Assembly: GCF_000008665.1 (NCBI RefSeq)
Contig: NC_000917.1
Span: 2,100,001-2,132,000 of the forward strand
Origin: Archaeoglobus fulgidus DSM 4304
GTDB lineage: Archaea; Halobacteriota; Archaeoglobi; Archaeoglobales; Archaeoglobaceae
Length of the DNA: 32,000 bases
Direction: 5' to 3'
Shown here: in pieces, positions 26,237 to 32,000 of the stretch
How positions within the stretch are numbered: the first letter of the stretch is position 1
How the letters are laid out: each line of letters starts with the position of its first letter
Notes under the pieces: model-generated
Told to the model about the DNA's origin: nothing
The model's input: only the letters and a program-made list of their open reading frames with translations
Database searches by the model: none
Made by a program: the position numbers and the translations under genes

Positions 26237-28705
26237 ATGGTTACAAGAAGGGATTTTCTCAAAGCTACGGCCTTAACAGCAACTGCCATTTCCGCTGGCA
26301 TCAAGTTTCAGCCAAAATCATACGCTGAGGCAACAGCTGCAAGCGGTGAGGTGAAATTTGTACCCAACATATGTGCAATGTGTCCTGCAGCCTGCAGCAT
26401 ACAGGTCGAGGTCAGGGATGGAAAAGTTCACAGAATCCACGGCACTCCCGATCATCCGATAAACAACGGCAAAATCTGCGCGAGAGGAAATGCAGGAGTG
26501 CAGAGGGTTTACAACCCCGACAGGCTGAAAAAACCTCTCATAAGGACGGGTGAGAAAGGCACGTGGAGCTTCAGGGAGGCAAGCTGGGAGGAGGCTTTGT
26601 CGCTGATTGCGAGCAAGGTGAAGGAGTACCGCGAAATGGGGCATCCGGAATACATCGGCATGCTGGGAGGCTGGCTACCTTGCACCTACTACAAGCCGTT
26701 CTTCAAAGCTTTTCTGGCTGCCCTTGGCACTCCAAATGGAGGAGGAGTGCCTGAGGCTCTCTGCTTCCTCTCCAAGGCACTTGGCTGGAAGTCTGCCTAC
26801 GGCTTCGGGGCGCATCCGGAGCTTCTGACGGACTACGAGAATGCCAGATACGTCATAATGCTCCGTAGAAACGTTGCAGGTAGCATAAGCGTCGTCCATG
26901 GGTGGAGGCTGGGACAGAACAGGAGGAAGTTCAAGCTCGTCGTTCTGGATCCGAGATATAGTGAGACAGCTGCGAAAGCTGACGTGTGGCTGCCAATCAA
27001 GCCCGGCACGGACTTGGCGTTCCTTCTGGCAATGATGAACGTAATAATCAATGAGAAGCTCTACGACTCCAACTTCCTTGCAAAGTACTCCAACGCTCCG
27101 ATGCTGCTGAAAGACGGCAAGCCCTTCAAAGTGTGGGATGAGAATGGCAAGAAGAAGTACCTCGTCTTTGACCTCGCAAAGGGAGCTGCTGTTGAGCACG
27201 ACTCTGCGATGCTTCCCGCCCTTGAGGGGGAGTATGAGGTTGAAGGTGAGAAGGTAATTCCTGCCTTTGAGGCTCTGAAGAGGAGAGTCGCTGAATACAC
27301 ACCGGAGTGGGCTGAGGGCATTACGGACATTGAAGCGAAGAAGATAAGGGAGATTGCGAGGGAGTTTGCGCTGCGGAGGGGTGTAATCGACTCCGGATGG
27401 CACGGACCAAAGTACAGGAACAGCCTGCTGACATGGAGGGCTGCGGCAATTGTAAACGCCCTTGTCGGCTCTGTGAACAACGACGGGGGTTTGCTTTTCA
27501 CGGGCCTCGCCCAGTTTGTAACATCCAAAGAATCAACAACCGAGGCACCAAGCCAAAGCGTGCTGAGAATGTGGGCGGAGAAGAGGGGGATTGCAACAGC
27601 CTTCCTCGGACACACGGTTCAGGCGTTCTACGATGCGATTGTCAACGAAGACCCCTACCCGATAAAGATGCTCTTCGTCGTCGGGCACAACCTCCTGATG
27701 AACATGCCCGAGAGGCAGAAGTGGGAGGAGGCGTTGAAGAAGCTTGACTTCATGGTGGCTGTTGACATTCTCCCGCAGGACCACCTGTATTACGCTGATG
27801 TTGTTCTTCCCGAATCAACGTACATCGAAAAGGATGATCCACTTTTCCCGATCGCCTACGCCCCCGCATTCGGATTCCACACGAGAGTTAAGGCAATAGA
27901 GCCGATTTACGACACCAAGCACGTCATCGAGATGATGGTTGAGATTGCCTCAAGGCTTGGAACGGAGGACACCTTCTTCAAGGCTCTCAGCAAAGGCCTC
28001 GGCGTTGATGCTGAGAAGCTGAAAAGCTACTACCACGGAGAAGGTGTTGCGGGGATAAGGAGGGCTCAGGCAGAGGCAAAGGGCGTAAACTACAACGAGC
28101 TACTCTCGAAGGGCTATGTGCTGAAGGCAGGGAGGGACAAAATTGTTTACAACATGCCTTACAAGCAACCCCTTCCAACTCCAACGGGGAAGGTTGAGAT
28201 ATTCAGCTTCATGCTCGCCAACTTCGCATCGAAAGCGAGCGAGCCTTACTGGGATGCGTTGATTAAGTGGGTGCCGCCGAAGGTAAGCGAGAGAAAGCTG
28301 GGGAGCAATGAGTTCTATCTTGCCTACAGCCGCAGCCCATTCACAACTCACAGCTCAACCTCGGACAATCCATTGCTGGCGAAGCTTATAGATGATGCGG
28401 AACTCTACTACAAGGGCATCTGGATAAACAGCGAGAGGGCTGCTGAGCTTGGAATAAGGAACGGGGACAGAGTGGTTGTCGAGTCGGTCTTCACGGGGGA
28501 TAAAACCGAAGCGATAGCCTTCGTCAACGAGCTTGTGAGGAAGGACACAATTTTCACGGTTTCGGGATTCGGTCAAAGCAGTGAGAGGCTGACAAACATT
28601 CCCCAGAGAGGAATGACGATGATGAGGTTGATTCCTCTGCAGTTCGACACGCTCAGTGGCACAATAATGAGTCAGGAGACAATTGTGAGGATTACCAAGG
28701 CGTGA
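26237..28705 (+). CDS. Tat-exported molybdopterin (bis-PGD) oxidoreductase catalytic subunit, Psr/Phs/Ttr-like
   Basis: Twin-arginine signal: MVTRRDFLKATALTATAISAG. N-terminal [4Fe-4S] motif: CAMCPAAC...C(ARG). 822 aa. It is followed by FeS and NrfD-like subunits. Confidence 0.8.
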   Translation: MVTRRDFLKATALTATAISAGIKFQPKSYAEATAASGEVKFVPNICAMCPAACSIQVEVRDGKVHRIHGTPDHPINNGKICARGNAGVQRVYNPDRLKKPLIRTGEKGTWSFREASWEEALSLIASKVKEYREMGHPEYIGMLGGWLPCTYYKPFFKAFLAALGTPNGGGVPEALCFLSKALGWKSAYGFGAHPELLTDYENARYVIMLRRNVAGSISVVHGWRLGQNRRKFKLVVLDPRYSETAAKADVWLPIKPGTDLAFLLAMMNVIINEKLYDSNFLAKYSNAPMLLKDGKPFKVWDENGKKKYLVFDLAKGAAVEHDSAMLPALEGEYEVEGEKVIPAFEALKRRVAEYTPEWAEGITDIEAKKIREIAREFALRRGVIDSGWHGPKYRNSLLTWRAAAIVNALVGSVNNDGGLLFTGLAQFVTSKESTTEAPSQSVLRMWAEKRGIATAFLGHTVQAFYDAIVNEDPYPIKMLFVVGHNLLMNMPERQKWEEALKKLDFMVAVDILPQDHLYYADVVLPESTYIEKDDPLFPIAYAPAFGFHTRVKAIEPIYDTKHVIEMMVEIASRLGTEDTFFKALSKGLGVDAEKLKSYYHGEGVAGIRRAQAEAKGVNYNELLSKGYVLKAGRDKIVYNMPYKQPLPTPTGKVEIFSFMLANFASKASEPYWDALIKWVPPKVSERKLGSNEFYLAYSRSPFTTHSSTSDNPLLAKLIDDAELYYKGIWINSERAAELGIRNGDRVVVESVFTGDKTEAIAFVNELVRKDTIFTVSGFGQSSERLTNIPQRGMTMMRLIPLQFDTLSGTIMSQETIVRITKA

Positions 28706-28715
28706 GGTGGTTGAG

Positions 28716-29264
28716 ATGGCAAGATACGGCATGGTCATAGACCTTGAGAAGTGTCTCGGCTGTGAGGCGTGCGTTACGGCATGCATCGAGGAGAACAACG
28801 TTCCCTACGAGACGGGGCTGAGAACCCAGGTTCACAGGGTTGTTACCGGCAAGTTCCCCAACGTCTCGACGATGTACATGCACAGAATATGCCAGCACTG
28901 CGAGCATCCCGGCTGTGTTCACGTATGCCCTACTGGGGCGAGCTACGTAAACGAGGATGGCATAGTTCTGATAGACTACGACCTCTGCATCGGGTGCAAG
29001 TACTGCATGGTCGCATGCCCTTACCTGGCAAGATATATCCACCCAGAGAGGCACACACCTGACAAGTGCACTTTCTGCGTTCACAGGGTTAAGGAGGGGA
29101 AGCTTCCGGCTTGCGTTGAGACTTGTCCAGCTAACGCGCGAATCTTCGGAGACCTCGATGACCCGAACAGCGAGGTGGCGAAGCTGGTGGCGGAGAACAG
29201 AGCTATCCCTATTGGCGCGGAGTACGGTACGAAGCCGAAGGTGTTTTATATAAGACCGAGGTGA
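28716..29264 (+). CDS. Four-cluster [4Fe-4S] ferredoxin-type electron-transfer subunit (PsrB/TtrB-like)
   Basis: MARYGMVIDLEKCLGCEACVTAC, CQHCEHPGCVHVCP, CIGCKYCMVACP, CTFCVHR...CVETCP. GAGGTGG lies 5 nt upstream of ATG 28716. Confidence 0.85.
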   Translation: MARYGMVIDLEKCLGCEACVTACIEENNVPYETGLRTQVHRVVTGKFPNVSTMYMHRICQHCEHPGCVHVCPTGASYVNEDGIVLIDYDLCIGCKYCMVACPYLARYIHPERHTPDKCTFCVHRVKEGKLPACVETCPANARIFGDLDDPNSEVAKLVAENRAIPIGAEYGTKPKVFYIRPR

Positions 29265-29268
29265 TAGC

Positions 29269-30186
29269 ATGCTCATCCTGAATCCCCAGCATTATTACCT
29301 CCTCCAGCAGCCCTGGTGGGGAATACTGATTGCATTCTACCTCTTCCTCGGCGGTTTGGGAGCGATGGCCTTCTGCATCAGCTTCTACTTCTGGAGGCAG
29401 AAGGGAAGCCAGTCGCTGGTTGTGGGAGGTTCGCTGCTCGGACTGATAGCTGTCTTAATCGGTACGCTTTTCCTGATCCTTGACCTCGGACATCCGGAGA
29501 GGTTCTACTTAGTCCTTCTGAGCCCGAGGCTCAACCCCTCATCCTGGATTGTGATAGGCTCAACGCTTCTCTCTGCGTTCATGCTGTTCGCAGCGCTCTT
29601 TGTCGCTCCAATGCTCCGCTGGTTCAAATGGGTGCCATGGGCAAAAAGCGAGGCTGCAATCAGAGCGTTCGGATGGCTTGCCTTCATCACAGGAATCGGC
29701 GTTGCTGCATACACGGGCATACTCATAGGAATTGTCTTCAACATCCCCTTCTGGAACGCTCCTGCTCTACCGGTGATATTCATGATTTCAGCCCTCTCAA
29801 CAGGCTTAGCATCGCTGATACTGCTGATGCTCGTGGTTGACAGAGAGGCTCATGAAATTCACGTGATGGCAAAAACAGACGGCTTCGTAATGATCTTCGA
29901 GCTGATAGTTCTGTCGATATTCCTGCTGATTAGGAGCTACGGGCCGGTTGCTGCCATAGAGTCTGTGAACACAGTCCTTTTCGGATGGCTCGCCCCCTAC
30001 TTCGTTGGAGGAGTGCTATTGATGGGCCTCGCCATTCCGATAATGCTCATATTCGGCTACGAGGTAAAAAGACCGGGAGTAACGGCGGTGACAGTGATAT
30101 CGGCAATATTCGTCCTGGTTGGCGGAGCTTTGCTGAGGTACGTCGTTCTTGAGGCGGGAATACTGCAGATTCCCTGCTGCATCTAA
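29269..30186 (+). CDS. NrfD/PsrC-type integral membrane quinone-interacting anchor subunit
   Basis: A 305-aa protein with about 8 hydrophobic helices, placed immediately after the FeS subunit. The N-terminus WGILIAFYLFLGGLGAMAF is typical of the NrfD family. Confidence 0.75.
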   Translation: MLILNPQHYYLLQQPWWGILIAFYLFLGGLGAMAFCISFYFWRQKGSQSLVVGGSLLGLIAVLIGTLFLILDLGHPERFYLVLLSPRLNPSSWIVIGSTLLSAFMLFAALFVAPMLRWFKWVPWAKSEAAIRAFGWLAFITGIGVAAYTGILIGIVFNIPFWNAPALPVIFMISALSTGLASLILLMLVVDREAHEIHVMAKTDGFVMIFELIVLSIFLLIRSYGPVAAIESVNTVLFGWLAPYFVGGVLLMGLAIPIMLIFGYEVKRPGVTAVTVISAIFVLVGGALLRYVVLEAGILQIPCCI

Positions 30187-30228
30187 TTTCAAAAATTTTT
30201 AATTTTTTATGGCAGTTTTTACGAGGAT

Positions 30229-30663
30229 ATGACGAAAGGACATGCAATTGGACATGCCATATTCGCAACCCTCTACGTGATACAGGTAGCGGTTTCTGTT
30301 GTCTTTTTCAACTCTGCGGGTTTATGGTGGTTGGTTTATGCGGGTTGCATCACCTTTGCGTTTGGTCTAATCCTCCTTCTCTGGGCGAGCAGGGCACGAA
30401 GGAGGGGAGGGTTCGTTACTTCCGGTCCCTACGCTTTGGTCCGCCATCCTGAGTTTCTTGGGCACATTCTCGTGATCGTCTCACTTATACTTTTAGCCCA
30501 GCATGCAATGAGCCTGATAACAGGTGCAGTTCTGATTACTCTGCTGTACTTCGCGATGATTGAAGAGGAAAGAAGGAACGTGGAAAAGTTTGGAGACGCC
30601 TATTTGGAATACATGAAAAGAGTTCCGAGGGTGAATTTGTTGAAAGGGCTTAGAAAGTTTTGA
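30229..30663 (+). CDS. Isoprenylcysteine carboxyl / phospholipid methyltransferase-family membrane protein
   Basis: LVTSGPYALVRHPEFLGHIL ... EEERRNVEKFGDAYLEYMKRVP (ICMT/PEMT family signature). Confidence 0.7.
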   Translation: MTKGHAIGHAIFATLYVIQVAVSVVFFNSAGLWWLVYAGCITFAFGLILLLWASRARRRGGFVTSGPYALVRHPEFLGHILVIVSLILLAQHAMSLITGAVLITLLYFAMIEEERRNVEKFGDAYLEYMKRVPRVNLLKGLRKF

Positions 30664-30696
30664 GGAAGTTTTTATGTAACCGAAACGAATTGGCTT

Positions 30697-31851
30697 ATGG
30701 ATGAAGCTCTAAGAGCGGGAAAAATCTCAGCTTTTGCCAATGTCGTTTTAACCGCCCTCAAGGTAGCGGCGGGAATTTTCGCGAATTCAACGGCTCTCAT
30801 TGCTGATGGTGTCCACTCCTTGGTCGACGTTCTCGGCTCGGTCCTCGTCTGGCTGGGGATAAAGGTTGCTGAAAGGCCTGCTGATGCAAGCCACCCATAC
30901 GGGCACTTCAAGGCTGAAAGCCTTGCTGAGATGGCGGTTGGGCTGATAATAATCCTTTCATCCCTCCTCATTATGCATGAAGCCATTTCGAGCGTCATCA
31001 ACGCTTCCGTGCCCACCTTCGAGCTTTACGCCGTAGCAGTAGCCATGCTTTCAGCCGTTGCAAATGAGCTCCTCGCGAGGTACAAGATAAGGGTCGGTTT
31101 GAAAACACGCTCGACATCTCTCATTGCGGAGGGAAAGCACTCCAGAGTTGACGTGCTCTCCTCATTAGCTGTTGTTGTCGGCTTCTTTTTCGTCTACTTC
31201 GGCTACTGGTGGGCCGATAGCGTCGTGGCGATAGCAATATCCGTTGTGATTTTGCAGATTGGCGGTTCGGTGCTGAAGAACTCCATAGACGTTCTCATGG
31301 ACAGGGTTGATGAGGAATTGGCGCTGAAAGTTAGGTCTGTAATTGAAAAGATTGATGGAGTGAAGTCCGTGGACTTCATAGGGACAAGGGGAACGATGAA
31401 GAGCAGGGTGGTTGAGGTTCACCTCACCGTCGATGCCGGAATGGATGCCGAGACCATCGCTGCACTGCAGAGGGAAATTTCAGAGGAAATAAAAGAGAGA
31501 ATTCCGGGTGTTGTTAACGTAGTTACTGTCGTAAACGTAACAAAGCCGAAGGTTCTCGCAATTCCGGTTGACTTGTATGGACACTACACGGGCGAACTCG
31601 ACTCCCCGAGGTTCGTCGTGGTGAACCTTGAGAGCGGGGAGAGAATGGTTGTGGAAAATGAGCACTACAGGGCTGAGAAGAGGAAGGGGTACCTGATTTC
31701 CGAGCTACTTGAGAAGCACGGGGTGAGCATGGTTGCCGTGAGAAAGGATGGAGAGGGGGCGAAAGCTCACCTCAAGAGCAGAGGCATACTGGTGAAAGTC
31801 ATTGACTCTGGGTTGAGGGATGTTGAGGATGTTTTGATGGCAGTTTCGTAA
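30697..31851 (+). CDS. Cation diffusion facilitator (CDF) metal efflux transporter fused to a C-terminal NifX-like domain (about 31549-31848)
   Basis: CDF motifs: ADGVHSLVDVLGS (TM2) and EGKHSRVDVLSS (TM5), plus a cytoplasmic domain EVHLTVDA...AETI. The tail then reads VLAIPVDLYGHYTGELDSPRFVVVNLESGE...HGVSMVAVRKDGEGAKAHLKSRGILV, which matches the COG1433 pattern. Confidence 0.75.
   Translation: MDEALRAGKISAFANVVLTALKVAAGIFANSTALIADGVHSLVDVLGSVLVWLGIKVAERPADASHPYGHFKAESLAEMAVGLIIILSSLLIMHEAISSVINASVPTFELYAVAVAMLSAVANELLARYKIRVGLKTRSTSLIAEGKHSRVDVLSSLAVVVGFFFVYFGYWWADSVVAIAISVVILQIGGSVLKNSIDVLMDRVDEELALKVRSVIEKIDGVKSVDFIGTRGTMKSRVVEVHLTVDAGMDAETIAALQREISEEIKERIPGVVNVVTVVNVTKPKVLAIPVDLYGHYTGELDSPRFVVVNLESGERMVVENEHYRAEKRKGYLISELLEKHGVSMVAVRKDGEGAKAHLKSRGILVKVIDSGLRDVEDVLMAVS
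31409..31438 (+). repeat. 30-nt perfect direct repeat, copy 2 (inside the CDF gene; partner at 25394-25423)
   Basis: The same 30-mer as at 25394-25423. Here it encodes VVEVHLTVDA of the CDF cytoplasmic domain. Confidence 0.9.
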
Positions 31852-31925
31852 ACAACATTTCTCGTAGCAGTTTAGACTCCAATCTGAAAAGCCACGAAAG
31901 GTTTAACTGGAACAATGCTAAGAAA

Positions 31926-32000
31926 ATGACCATGCCAGGACTTGAGTCCTTGCTGAGGGAGGAGCGAGTTTTCTACCCTCCCAAAGAGCTCGCCGAAAAC
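31926..32000 (+). CDS. 5' end of an acetyl-CoA synthetase-like (AMP-forming) gene, truncated by the window edge
   Basis: MTMPGLESLLREERVFYPPKELAEN resembles the N-termini of archaeal and bacterial Acs proteins. Only 25 codons are visible. Confidence 0.35.
   Translation, partial: MTMPGLESLLREERVFYPPKELAEN

Noticed and set aside
26675-29276. Several long minus-strand ORFs (26675..27403, 27061..27615, 28355..28798, 28692..29276) opposite the oxidoreductase A and B genes
   Set aside because: The plus-strand genes have a Tat signal, FS0 and four ferredoxin cysteine motifs. The antisense ORFs are compositionally biased shadows.

Overview
This is an archaeal chromosomal window. From memory, and unverified, gene content and order look like Archaeoglobus fulgidus near AF2372 (IMPase/FBPase), AF2373 (NAD kinase) and the AF2375/AF2376 cohesin-dockerin ORFs.

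Layout:
- 1-5016: the AT-rich right-hand part of an integrated element. It carries PUA-like ASCH and EVE proteins, a frameshifted rhomboid protease, a broken lipoprotein gene, a transglutaminase-like membrane protein and a tyrosine integrase. The integrase reading frame contains a 3' fragment of tRNA-Val(GAC), which I read as attR.
- 5017-6313: an IS630-type transposase remnant and an intact vapBC pair.
- 6330-19120: housekeeping genes. These are an MBL hydrolase, a PurM-like protein, sufCB, a decayed toxin-antitoxin locus, an aminotransferase, a GNAT, an acyl-CoA ligase, a membrane TPR-like repeat protein, UPF0148/UPF0147, a dolichol-kinase-like protein, IMPase and NAD kinase.
- 19145-19360: a three-hairpin H/ACA-type guide RNA that the ORF track does not explain. 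Each hairpin has a kink-turn and an ANA box 14-15 nt below the upper stem.
- 19280-21792: a PD40 beta-propeller/cohesin/dockerin gene split over two frames, followed by a cohesin protein with a PGF-CTERM-like anchor.
- 21875-25359: a tightly overlapping cluster of two NifX-like proteins, a small acidic protein, two MinD-type ATPases with inserted ferredoxin domains, and an Mrp/NBP35 ATPase.
- 25441-31851: an MBL-fold protein, a Tat-exported Psr/Ttr-like molybdopterin oxidoreductase (ABC subunits), an ICMT-like methyltransferase, and a CDF transporter fused to a third NifX-like domain.
- A 30-nt perfect direct repeat links the region upstream of the MBL gene (25394) to the interior of the CDF gene (31409).
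- 31926-32000: the 5' end of an acetyl-CoA-synthetase-like gene.

No CRISPR array, rRNA gene or complete tRNA gene was seen. The most interesting items are the H/ACA RNA, the uncharacterised NifX/MinD-ferredoxin/Mrp module with its metal-related neighbours, the cohesin-dockerin pair, and the decaying tRNA-integrated element. All family assignments rest on motifs read by eye; no database search was possible.
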